In this document: in pieces, positions 1-9,800 of the stretch | How positions within the stretch are numbered: position 1 is the stretch's first letter | Layout: each line of letters starts with the position of its first letter | Assembly: GCA_963755195.1 (NCBI GenBank) | Contig: CAVWIZ010000008.1 | Span: 688,957-752,956, forward strand | Direction of reading: 5' to 3' | DNA length: 64,000 bases | From: an uncultured Acidobacteriota bacterium | GTDB taxonomy: Bacteria; Acidobacteriota; Vicinamibacteria; Vicinamibacterales; CAVVIG01 | Notes under the pieces: model-generated | The model's database searches: none | Told to the model about the DNA's origin: nothing | Seen by the model: the letters and a program-made list of their open reading frames with translations, nothing else | Position numbers and translations under genes: made by a program

Positions 1-290
1 AACTTCCCGGCGCGAAAGGCCGGGTTGAGCGGCGCCGCCACGGCGCACGCTGCCACCGACAGAAACACCACGGCGGCTTCGGGACCGTCTGGCAGGACGA
101 TCGCGACGCGATCGGCGGGCCCTATGCCAAAGCTGCGTAAAGCGCGGCGGTTGCGTTGCAGCTGTTCCGCGAGACCCCGGTAGGTGAGCGGCGTTCGATC
201 GGCCCCTTCGATGGCGATTGCATCCGGCTGTCTCTTCGCTAACGACGTCAGGAGGCCGCTCAGCTGTTGGTGTTCAGGTTCGAGTTTCAT
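1..290 (-). CDS. AMP-binding enzyme (acyl-CoA synthetase / adenylation domain), N-terminal part; runs off the window edge
   Basis: Manual translation: MKLEPEHQQLSGLL...PDAIAIEGADRTPLTYRGL...GIGPADRVAIVLPDGPEAAVVFLSVAACAVAAPLNPAF, a typical ANL-superfamily N-terminus. Not in the ORF track because it is truncated. Confidence 0.8.
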   Translation of the reverse strand, partial: MKLEPEHQQLSGLLTSLAKRQPDAIAIEGADRTPLTYRGLAEQLQRNRRALRSFGIGPADRVAIVLPDGPEAAVVFLSVAACAVAAPLNPAFRAGK

Positions 291-544
291 CTCTTGAACA
301 GGTCCTCTGAGTCAGGAATTCGATCCTGTTGCTCAGGCCTTCAACGAGCTCCTGGCAGACGGACACGCTGGAGAACGCAAGCGGAGGGCCACCTTGAATC
401 GGCCAGATCCCTGAGAATCTCTGTTTGCGCGACAGAAGGTGTCGTGACCAACGACAAAAGGCTTCCTGGAGGGCGACTTCGGCGCCGCCTCGACCGCTGA
501 CCGGACGCGATGCCGCGGGGTTGGACCAAGCTCAGCCGCGCGAC

Positions 545-1402
545 TCAGGAGGACGGGCGGACAACCGGAGCGGCAATCGCGGCCAGGTCGTCTTTCCCGT
601 GCCCGGCCGCGATCATCGCGTCCATCCGAGCCGCGAGTGCAGGGAGCACGATGACCGGCTGATTACCGGCCGACTCGAGCATCAGCCGGAGGTCCTTGCG
701 CGCCATTGAGAGCTCGAACATCGCCGAAAAGTCGCCGGCGGCCATTTTCTTGCCCCGCATGGGGATTGCCATGCTGGTGTTGAACCTCGAGAACAAGGCA
801 ATGGCCTCGTCGCCCGCGACGCCGAGATTGCTCGCCATCGCAAGCACGTCGGTCAGGCCGGCGTTGATCGCAAACAGCATCGAATTGCCGAAGAGCTTGT
901 AGGCCGCGGCCAGGTCGCTTCGCTCTCCCAGATACCAGACATCGCCCGTCATGCGCGCCAGCGCCGGCTGGGCCGCCTCGAAAATACCCGATGGCCCCGA
1001 CACCATGATGAGGCCTTTGCCGTCGCGGCACATCTGCGGCGACATGAACACCGGCGTGTGGAGAAACCGAACGCCGGCCTCGGCGAGCCGAGCCGCACGG
1101 CTTCTCGTGGTGACAGGCGACGTCGTGGAGTGGTCCATCACGATCGCATCGCGCCGCAGCCGTGGCGTCACCTCCGCCAGAATCGCGTCAACCACGGCAT
1201 CGTCGGTAAGCGCGAGATGAACATGATCGGCAGCCGCCACACCGTCGGCCGCCGTCTGTGCGACGAAAGCGCCGGCAGCCTGGAGGGGCTGAAGTTTGGA
1301 TGCGGTGCGATTCCACACCGTCACCGAGTCGCCTTGCGCGAGCATGCGCTCGACCATCGCCCCGCCAAGCAGGCCCGTCCCGAGAAACGTCACGTTGTTC
1401 AT
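545..1402 (-). CDS. NAD(P)-dependent oxidoreductase, 3-hydroxyisobutyrate dehydrogenase family
   Basis: GTGLLG Rossmann motif, VWNRT, DHSTTSP, YKLFGN catalytic Lys region; 285 aa. Confidence 0.9.
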   Translation of the reverse strand: MNNVTFLGTGLLGGAMVERMLAQGDSVTVWNRTASKLQPLQAAGAFVAQTAADGVAAADHVHLALTDDAVVDAILAEVTPRLRRDAIVMDHSTTSPVTTRSRAARLAEAGVRFLHTPVFMSPQMCRDGKGLIMVSGPSGIFEAAQPALARMTGDVWYLGERSDLAAAYKLFGNSMLFAINAGLTDVLAMASNLGVAGDEAIALFSRFNTSMAIPMRGKKMAAGDFSAMFELSMARKDLRLMLESAGNQPVIVLPALAARMDAMIAAGHGKDDLAAIAAPVVRPSS

Positions 1403-1475
1403 GGCCTGACACTATCGTGGAAGAAGGGATCCCTTCAACTCTGGTCCACTCGCGACCCATGCTAGGCTTCGCCTG

Positions 1476-3392
1476 ATGTCGTCGCGACAATCGCGCAAGC
1501 CGCGCGGCCCCGTTCGACCGATCGCCCGCCTGATCCTTCCACTCAGTCTCATCGTCGTGGTTGGCGTCGCCGTGTATTGGAACGGCCTCAACGGGCCGCT
1601 CGTGTGGGACGACGACCCGGCGATCGTGACCAACCAGACGATTCGGTCCGTTCTGCCGCTTTCCGGTTCCCTGTCGCCTCCGGTGGAAACGTCGGTTGCG
1701 GGACGACCGATCGTCAACCTCTCGCTCGCATTCAACTACGCGATGGGCGGTCTCAACGAAACGGGCTATCACGTGTGGAACCTCGCCGTGCTCATGGCGT
1801 GCGCGGCGCTGCTGTTCGGCATTGTGGCGAGGACGCTCGCGGCGCAGCACTACGCTCGCGGCGGAGCCGCCGACGCGGTGGCGCTTGTGGCGGCGCTCAC
1901 CTGGCTCGTCCACCCGCTGCTCAGCGAAACGGTCGACTACGTGACGCAGCGGACCGAGTCGATGATGGGGCTGTTCTTTCTGCTGACCCTCTACGCGGCC
2001 ATTCGCGCCCGGCGCCAGAGACACTCGACGGCCTGGCAGATCGTCTGCGTGGTGTCGTGCGCGCTCGGCATGGCGACGAAAGAGTCGATGGCCGTGGCAC
2101 CGCTGGCCGTCTTGCTGTACGACCGCGTCTTCGAATTCGGATCGATGCGCGAGGCCGTGACGGCGCGCGGATGGCTCTATGCCGGGCTGGCCGCCACGTG
2201 GGTCGAGCTGGGCGCCGTGATGTGGCGCTGGCCGCGTTCGACGGTAGGGCTGACGACCGTCGGGCCGTGGACGTATTTGCTGAACCAGGCCGAGATGATT
2301 GCGCGCTACCTGGGCCTCGCCGTCTGGCCGCGATCGCTCGTCCTCGACTACGGTCTGCCCCGCGCGCTCACGGTGCGCGACGTGGTGCCGCAGGCGCTGC
2401 TCCTGCTGCTCATGCTGGCGGGCACGGCGATCGCGCTCGTGCGCTGGCCTCCATTCGGGTTCCTTGGCGCTATGTTCTTTCTCACGCTCGCTCCCACGTC
2501 GAGCATCGTCCCCATCGCGTCCGAGGTGGGGTCGGAGCGGCGGATGTTTCTGCCGCTCGCGGCGCTCGTCGTGCTCGTCGTGACGTTGGCATGGGTCGGC
2601 CTTGGCCGGATGCGCGCCAGGTGGCCTGCGTGGTTTCCAGGGTTTTCGAACGCTGCCGTGTGCGCAGCCGTCGTCGTGGTGGCGGCGCTCGGCATCCGGA
2701 CGGTGTACCGCAACGCGGAATACGCCACGCCGATTTCGCTGTGGGAAAGCGTGGTGGCACGACGGCCGCAGGGCCGGGCGCGGTTTGCGCTCGCGACCGA
2801 GCTCATCACGGCCGGCCGGCACGATGAGGCCATCGCGCAGCTGCGAGAAGCCGTCGACGACTATCCCGACGCGCGCGCGGGCCTGGGCACGGAGCTCTTC
2901 TTTCAGCGCCAAACGCTCGAGGCGATCGACGTGCTGGACGCGTTCGTGCGCGCCAGGCCGACACTGCCCAATCGAATTCCCGCGCGGATCATGCTCGGTG
3001 AGGCGCTGGTGTCGGAAAACCGGCTCGACGAAGGGGCGAGCCAGTTCAAGGCGGTGCTGGATCTCGACCCAGACAACGGTGCGGCGCGACAGGGTCTCGT
3101 CAAGGCGAACCGGAATCGAGCCGCGCGCCTGCTCGAGCAGGGCAATCCGACGCAGGCGGCCGTTCAGGCGCGTGAAGCGCTGAGCATCGATCCCGGAGAC
3201 GCGGATTCGCACAACCTGCTGGGCGTGGCACTGGCATCGCAGGGCCAGTTCGCGGAAGCCGTCGCGGAGTTTCGCCAGGTGCTGCAGATCGATCCGAAGC
3301 ATCCGTCAGCCGGCAATAACATGGCGCGGGCCACCGCGACGTTGAACGGAAAGCGGCCGGCCGCCGCCGCCGCAGTGGTTCATCCGGAATGA
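1476..3392 (+). CDS. TMTC-like membrane protein (GT-C glycosyltransferase-like region plus C-terminal TPR repeats)
   Basis: N-terminal WDD motif, RPIVNLSLAFNY, HPLLSETVDYVTQRTES, TKES, ERRMFLP, multiple TM helices, TPR repeats at the C-terminus. Confidence 0.8.
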   Translation: MSSRQSRKPRGPVRPIARLILPLSLIVVVGVAVYWNGLNGPLVWDDDPAIVTNQTIRSVLPLSGSLSPPVETSVAGRPIVNLSLAFNYAMGGLNETGYHVWNLAVLMACAALLFGIVARTLAAQHYARGGAADAVALVAALTWLVHPLLSETVDYVTQRTESMMGLFFLLTLYAAIRARRQRHSTAWQIVCVVSCALGMATKESMAVAPLAVLLYDRVFEFGSMREAVTARGWLYAGLAATWVELGAVMWRWPRSTVGLTTVGPWTYLLNQAEMIARYLGLAVWPRSLVLDYGLPRALTVRDVVPQALLLLLMLAGTAIALVRWPPFGFLGAMFFLTLAPTSSIVPIASEVGSERRMFLPLAALVVLVVTLAWVGLGRMRARWPAWFPGFSNAAVCAAVVVVAALGIRTVYRNAEYATPISLWESVVARRPQGRARFALATELITAGRHDEAIAQLREAVDDYPDARAGLGTELFFQRQTLEAIDVLDAFVRARPTLPNRIPARIMLGEALVSENRLDEGASQFKAVLDLDPDNGAARQGLVKANRNRAARLLEQGNPTQAAVQAREALSIDPGDADSHNLLGVALASQGQFAEAVAEFRQVLQIDPKHPSAGNNMARATATLNGKRPAAAAAVVHPE

Positions 3393-3399
3393 GGCGAGC

Positions 3400-4218
3400 T
3401 CACGCGAGCTCTTCAGGTACGGCGAACACATCGAAGTGCTTCCATCGGGTGAGGTCGTCCGGCCCGAGCTCTTCACCCCGGTACTCGAGCTCCTCGCACT
3501 TGAACACGCGATAACCGAGCTGGCGCAGATCGGCGTAGTAGCCGGCGCGCTCGGCGTCGGGCAGGTGCTTGTAGATTTCCGTCTTGATATAGGGCCGGCG
3601 CGTCCTCAGGAGATCGACGAGCGATCGGGCCACGGCCCGATCGAAACCTTCCGTGTCTATCTTGATGTAGCGAAGCCGGGCCATCTCGGCCGCCGCGTGC
3701 TGTCGCAAGTATTCCGCGAGATTCTTCCCCTCGACGCGCAGCGCGGAAAAGTGTCCATGCTTCCAGCGACTGAGGCCGGTGTGGAATCCCCCGTTGCAAT
3801 ACCCAGAGTCCGAGTACTCGAACTCGAACTCGCCGTCCTGGGGCATCGCCGCGAACATCAGTGGCACGATACGGGCGTTCAGGGCGTTGAGCGTGGCGTT
3901 GAGCGCCAGCACCTTGAAGACGTACGGATTCGGCTCGAGGGCGAACACCGTGCCGCTCGGTCCGACCGCGAGCGCCATCGGCAGCGTCGAGTCGCCGGTG
4001 TGCGCGCCGATGTCGATGGCGACGTCGCCCTCGCGCAGGAAGGATCGCAGCGCGTCCACGCTGGCCTGCGTCACCGTCTTCGGCGTTTCGCCGGGGTGCA
4101 GCCAGCGCGCGAAGCGGACGTCGCCGTCGGTCGGCAGCGGAAACGTCAGGATTTCGAATCCATATTCGCGCGGCGCCGACTTGAACCCGAGCGCCCGCGG
4201 CAGATCCTTCAGCTTCAC
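3400..4218 (-). CDS. FkbM-family SAM-dependent methyltransferase
   Basis: VAIDIGAHTG, FALEPNP and IKIDTEGFD motifs. The GTG start overlaps the upstream TGA (GTGA coupling at 4215-4218). Confidence 0.85.
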   Translation of the reverse strand: MKLKDLPRALGFKSAPREYGFEILTFPLPTDGDVRFARWLHPGETPKTVTQASVDALRSFLREGDVAIDIGAHTGDSTLPMALAVGPSGTVFALEPNPYVFKVLALNATLNALNARIVPLMFAAMPQDGEFEFEYSDSGYCNGGFHTGLSRWKHGHFSALRVEGKNLAEYLRQHAAAEMARLRYIKIDTEGFDRAVARSLVDLLRTRRPYIKTEIYKHLPDAERAGYYADLRQLGYRVFKCEELEYRGEELGPDDLTRWKHFDVFAVPEELA

Positions 4219-5564
4219 GGCGCGCTCAACGACGCGCGTAACGCCGCGCGATCGATTTCCTTCCCTCGCAAGTACACCCGCGCGATCCGTCGCGTGTTGG
4301 TGATGGCGTCGAGCGGACTGGCATCGAGCACGATGAAGTCGGCGCTCTTGCCGGCGGCCACCGTTCCGAGCCGGTCGAGCTTCAGGATCTCGGCCGCCGT
4401 TCGTGTCGCCGCCACGATTGCCTCCGCCGGCGTCAGGCCGCACCTCACCATGTCGGCCAGCTCGGTGTGCGCGGTCCACCCGACATCGACACCGGCGTCG
4501 GTAGCGAAGGCGATCTTCACGCCCGCATCGTGGATCTTCTTCAAATTGCGGCACTGAATTCCGAACGCCTCCTGCTGCGTTTTCAGCTCGGCGGGCGTCC
4601 GGCTCGCCAGTTGGTCGCGCATCCGCTTGAGCTGGCTGGCGGGAAGCGTGTCGCTCAGCCAGTCGATGTCGTCCGCCACTCCCCGCTCCGGCAGGTTCGG
4701 CTGTACCCAGACGTTGGGATGCTGTTTGACGAGCGCCAGGTATTCCTCGTCCACATCCCTGTCGCGCACGCCGTGAGCAAAACCATCGACGCCGGCCCTG
4801 AGGAGGTCTTTGCCGTCCGCCAGATTGAAGATGTGAGCGACGACGCGCGTGCCGCGTTTGTGGGCTTCGTCGATGATCGCGCGGTACACGTTCGGCTGAA
4901 TCTTCGGCACGGTGCCGTTCCGATCGTCCACCCAGATCTTGATCATCGGCACTTGCCGGGCGACCATCTCCTCGACGTCCTTTCTGCCTTCCGCTTCGGT
5001 CATCGCGCCGAATGGCACGCCCAGGCGATAGGCCGCCGTTGGTCCCGCCATGGGCGTCGCCGCAATCCCTCGGCCAACGGTCAGAAACAGCGCCGCGTTC
5101 GGAATGACTTCCCGCCGCAGCTGGTACGGAAGCTCCGGATCGACATCCCACCGGTCGAGGCCCATGCTCATCGTGGCTGCGGCCCCGTAGTACGCGTACC
5201 GCTGCAGATGGTCGATCAGCATGGCCCGCGTGAAGTTCTCCTTGCTCGACACGCCGGTCTTCTGGTTCGTGTACCCGATGTGATTGTGGGGATCCACGAT
5301 CGCCGGCATGACGGTCTTGCCAGTCAGATCGACGCGGGCCGCGCCTGCCGGCGGCGAAAGCTCGCCCTTGCGGCCGACCCTCGTGAAGGTGTCGTTCTCC
5401 ACGAGGAACGCGGCGTTCTCGATCGGGGCGCGGCCATCGCCGGTGATGAGCCGCGCGCCCTCGAAGAGCACGGCTCTCACTGCAGGAGCCTGGCTCGCGG
5501 AAAGCCAGAAGGGCGCCACAAGAGAAAAGCAGAGCAGAGAACAGAGTGCCTTGACAGAACGCAT
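4215..5564 (-). CDS. Secreted amidohydrolase-family protein
   Basis: Signal peptide; DPHNH (HxH), KIWVDD, AH/HG, ATDAG metal ligands; GTVAAGKSADFIVL C-terminal motif. Confidence 0.85.
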   Translation of the reverse strand: MRSVKALCSLLCFSLVAPFWLSASQAPAVRAVLFEGARLITGDGRAPIENAAFLVENDTFTRVGRKGELSPPAGAARVDLTGKTVMPAIVDPHNHIGYTNQKTGVSSKENFTRAMLIDHLQRYAYYGAAATMSMGLDRWDVDPELPYQLRREVIPNAALFLTVGRGIAATPMAGPTAAYRLGVPFGAMTEAEGRKDVEEMVARQVPMIKIWVDDRNGTVPKIQPNVYRAIIDEAHKRGTRVVAHIFNLADGKDLLRAGVDGFAHGVRDRDVDEEYLALVKQHPNVWVQPNLPERGVADDIDWLSDTLPASQLKRMRDQLASRTPAELKTQQEAFGIQCRNLKKIHDAGVKIAFATDAGVDVGWTAHTELADMVRCGLTPAEAIVAATRTAAEILKLDRLGTVAAGKSADFIVLDASPLDAITNTRRIARVYLRGKEIDRAALRASLSAP

Positions 5565-5674
5565 AGATGCCCCTTCGCCACCAACCAAGTGTGCGTGTCA
5601 AGAGGATACGCGCAATCGCTGCGAGCGTCCTCGCCAGAGCTGGAGTAAACTCCCGTGTTGCCGGGAGGACTCCA

Positions 5675-6637
5675 ATGAGAATCGCCGCCGTCGCCGTGGC
5701 CGTCGTCGTGCTCGCGTGTGTTCCTGCCCTCGCACAGCGGCCTTCCGATCCCGCGCTGCTCGTGCCACAAAGCGCGCCGGAATTGGACTACGTCGCCGTG
5801 GCGAATCCTCTCACGTTTCCCGCGGGCACGAGCATCGGAGCCGCCGCGAGCGTCGCGTTTGACGCGAAAGGGCATCTTTGGGTGCTCAATCGTGGTTCGC
5901 AACCGCTGGCCGAGTTCGAGGCGAACGGCACGTTCATTCGCGCCTTTGGCGAAGGTCTCTTCAACCGGACCCACGGACTGAGGTTCGATCGCGACGGCAA
6001 CTTGTGGGTCACCGACGTCGGCGCCCACATCGTCGTCAAACTGGATCCGCAGGGACGAACGCTGCTGACGCTGGGGATCAAGGGAGAGGCGGGCAACTGG
6101 GACGAGTCCACCGGATCGCGCCGCTTGAATCAACCGAACGACGTCGCATTCGGCGGCAACGGAGACGTCTTCGTCGTGCAAGGGCACACCCCGGGGGCCG
6201 CCGGCGATCCCCGCGTCCTCAAGTTCGACAAGAACGGGCGCTTCATCAAGTCGTGGGGCGGGAAAGGCAAGGAGCCCGGAAAGTTCGAGGTGGCTCATGG
6301 GATCGCGATCGATGCCAAGGGCCTCCTATGGGTCACGGACCGCGAAAACCAACGAATCCAGGTCTTCGATGCCGACGGATTATTCATCAAGGAACTGAAA
6401 TACGCTGGCCTTCCCTGCGCGCTGGATATCGGGAAGCAGTACATCTACATGGTCAACGGTTTTGCCGGCCAGGTGCTGAGGCTCGATCTGAACGGCGCGG
6501 TGCTCGCGGCGACAGGAAAGCCCGGCAAAGGCGTCGGCGAGTTCGGGGAAGCACACTTCATCGCCGTGAGCCCACAGGGCGAGTTGTGGGTCGCCGACAG
6601 CGTCAACAGCGCCGTCCAGAAGTTCGTCAAGAAATAG
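5675..6637 (+). CDS. NHL-repeat protein (peptidyl-alpha-hydroxyglycine alpha-amidating lyase-like beta-propeller)
   Basis: Signal peptide; repeated HGLRFD/PNDVAF/HGIAID...WVTDRENQRIQVFD NHL motifs; GGAGG RBS upstream. Confidence 0.85.
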   Translation: MRIAAVAVAVVVLACVPALAQRPSDPALLVPQSAPELDYVAVANPLTFPAGTSIGAAASVAFDAKGHLWVLNRGSQPLAEFEANGTFIRAFGEGLFNRTHGLRFDRDGNLWVTDVGAHIVVKLDPQGRTLLTLGIKGEAGNWDESTGSRRLNQPNDVAFGGNGDVFVVQGHTPGAAGDPRVLKFDKNGRFIKSWGGKGKEPGKFEVAHGIAIDAKGLLWVTDRENQRIQVFDADGLFIKELKYAGLPCALDIGKQYIYMVNGFAGQVLRLDLNGAVLAATGKPGKGVGEFGEAHFIAVSPQGELWVADSVNSAVQKFVKK

Positions 6638-6863
6638 CCGACCCTACCCCCCTCCCCTCGCTCGGATGTCTGCCTCTGGAGTGACTAAGTTCCGGGGTTT
6701 TCCGATGGTCTTCCCGAGTTTGGCTGCCTAAGGTCGCAGAATCCTAGACATTCCGCCGATCCGCAACCGGGCGCCACCCCTGCCTGCCTGGTCCTGGTGT
6801 TGCTCTTCGTTTAGCGCAAGAAGACCTCTGTGGCCTCTCGAATGCCACAAAAACGCGTTGGGG

Positions 6864-9800
6864 ATGGCTCGCAGGATGACGACGACGGGACCGCGCTCGA
6901 TCGTACGAAAAACACCTATCCGGATGCTCATCGTGGCTACGGCTGCGTTCGTGCTGGCGGGGCGGGGCTCCGATCGGCCGACTCTCCAGGCGGCGGGCTC
7001 GTCATGCGGAGCGACGATCAACCCGATTCAGTGCGAGAACCAGCTGGCCCGGCAATCCGCGAGCGAATGGGACATCGCCGGCGCGGGCGACCCGACCATC
7101 CAGGGCTTCGCGACCGACATCAGCGTCGACAAGAGCGCCGACCTGCCGGCGAATCGCACGGTCTATTTCAAGATCAACACCGACGCGGCCAACTACGGCA
7201 TCGACATCTATCGGCTCGGCTACTACGGCGGCATGGGTGCTCGCAAGGTCGCGACGGTTCAGCCGTCGGCGGCGCTGCCGCAAAACCAGCCGAGCTGTCT
7301 GACCGAGGCCGCGACCGGGCTGCATCGACTGCGGCAACTGGGCGATCTCCGCGTCGTGGCTCGTCCCCACGGACGCGGTCTCCGGCATCTACGTCGCGAA
7401 GCTGACACGCTGCGGACACCGGCGGCGCCAGCCACATCATCTTCGTCGTCCGCGACGACGCCCGCCAGTCGGATGTGATTGTTCAGACGTCGGACACGAC
7501 CTGGCAGGCCTATAACGACTACGGCGGCAACAGCCTCTATGTCGGCGGCGCGGACGCGCCGGGAATCAATCCTGCGTCGTACGCAATCGCCGCCGCGCGT
7601 ACAAGGTGAGCTACAACCGGCCGACTGTGACGCGCGAGAGAAATCCTCAGAGCTTCCTGTTCGGTGCCGAGTACCCGATGCTGCGCTGGCTCGAAGCGAA
7701 CGGCTACGACGTGAAGTACTGGGCCGGCGTCGACACCGATCGTCGCGGCACCGATTTGATCGGGGCGCGCCAGCCCGAAGACCTTCTCTCTCGGTCGGGC
7801 ACGACGAGTACTGGTCGGGCGGTCAGCGCGCGAACGTCGAAGCGGCGCGCGACGCCGGCGTCAACCTGACGTTCTTCAGCGGCAACGAGATGTTCTGGAA
7901 GACGCGCTGGGAAGCCGAGCATCGACGGTTCGGGCACTCTGAATCGGACACTCGTCAGCTACAAGGAAACGCTCGCCAACGCGAAGATCGATCCCAATCC
8001 GGAATGGACCGGCACGTGGCGCGATCCGCGCTTCAGCCCTCCCGGCGACGGCGGCCGTCCGGAAAATGCGCTGACCGGCACGCCTGTGGACGGTCAACTG
8101 CTGCTCGTACGCGATCACGGTGCCCGCGGCGATGGGCCAGGCGCGCTTCTGGCGGAACACGCCGGTCGCAACGCTCGCGCCGGGCACCGTGACCACGCTG
8201 TCGCCCGAATCTCTGGGCTACGAGTGGGACGAAAATCTCGACAACGGCTTCCGGCCGGCCGGCCTCGTGCCAGTTGTCATTGACACAGCATCAGTCGCGT
8301 GAACCGAAGGTGTTCGACTACGGGTCGACGTTCGGCCCCGGCGCGGCGACCCACAGCCTCACGCTGTATCGCCATGCGAGCGGCGCGCTCGTCTTCGGCG
8401 CCGGCACCGTCCAGTGGTCGTGGGGTCTCGACGGCACGCACGACCGGCGGCGGCAGCGCACATTCCCGATGTCGCGATGCAGCAGGCCACCGTCAATCTG
8501 TTCGCCGACATGCGGGCGCAGCCGAGCACGCTGCAGCCGGGCCTCGCGACCGCGACCGCTTCGACCGACGTCTGCGCGCCGACTTCGACGATCACGTCAC
8601 CAGTCGCGGGCGCGCCGGTCGGGTCTGGCACGCCGGTGACGGTCTCAGGGACGGCCGTCGACGCCGGCGGCGGTGCGGTGGCGGCGGTTGAGGTCTCGAT
8701 CGACGGCGGCGCGACGTGGCACGCGGCGCAGGGCGGTGCCAGTCTGGACCTACACGTGGTTGCCTGGGACGCCCGGCGCACGCCACCATCCAAAGCCGCG
8801 CGATCGACGACAGCGGCAACATCGAAACGCCGTGACCGGACATGACGGTCACCGTCGGCGCGGGCAACTGTCCGTGCACGAGCCTGTGGACGTCGAGCGC
8901 CGTTCCGGCAGCCTCGGATTCAGGAGACGAACCCCGGTCGAGCTCGGCGTCAAGTTCCACAGCGATGTCGACACGTAGGTGACCGGGGTGCGTTTCTACA
9001 AGAGTCCCGGCAACACGGGCACGCACGTCGCGAACCTGTGGACCAGCGCCGGCGTCAAGTCTGGCGAGCGCCACGTTCGCCGCCGAAACGCCCTTCGGCT
9101 GGCAGCAGGTTCTCTTCAGCGCGCCGGTCGCCATCTCCGCCGGCACGACCTACGTCGCCTCGTATCACACCAACGTCGGCCACTACTCGGTCACGAGCGG
9201 CTACTTCGACGCGCGCGGCGTCGACTCGCCGCCGCTCCATGCGCCGTCGAGCTACAGCAGCGGGCGGCAACGGCGTCTACGTGCTACGGCGCGAGCGCCT
9301 TCCCGACCGACACGTACAACGCCACCAACTACTGGGTGGACGTCGTGCTCGACCAGAATGACCGTCGATACGACGCCACCGGTCATCTCGTCGATCAAGG
9401 CCATCTCGCTCGACAGCTCCACGGCTGTCGCGACTGGACGACGGACGAAGAGCGCCACATCCCGCGTCGACTACTCGACGATCCCGGCGTTTCCGGCGGC
9501 GCGACTCTCAGCGCCACCGACGCCGCTTACGTCACGTCGCACAGCCTCACGATCAGCGGGCTGAAGGCCGAACACGACGTACTACTATCGGGTCACCTCG
9601 GTCGATCGGACCGGGCAACGCGGCCACTTCGCCGCCGAGCACGTTCACGACGCTCGGCGCGACCTTCCGTGACACCACGTCCGTCCGATTTCAGCGCGGG
9701 AACGCGCGCTCGGCACGTACGTGGCGGAAACGCTCGACGGCGAAGCTGATTCTCGCGCCGGCCGTCGGATCGGAGTTCTCAGGGTCCGCGCTCCCACCAG

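Noticed and set aside
291..544. Intergenic region as a possible ncRNA or small ORF
   Set aside because: No recognisable RNA motif; the short ORFs lack an RBS and any family signature.
1188..3302. Long antisense or alternate-frame ORFs (e.g. 1188-3302, 29773-31548, 33885-35552, 59980-61509)
   Set aside because: Arg/Ala-rich shadow ORFs typical of high-GC DNA, overlapping well-supported genes.
3400..5601. 733-aa ORF that looks like a long fusion ending in FkbM
   Set aside because: The first ~460 aa are an off-frame read of the amidohydrolase gene; the real FkbM starts at the GTG at 4218.
8976..8978. In-frame TAG inside the DUF4082 domain (possible pyrrolysine or readthrough)
   Set aside because: It lies in a heavily error-ridden stretch at a non-catalytic position; no pyl genes are in the window. 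Most likely a sequencing error.
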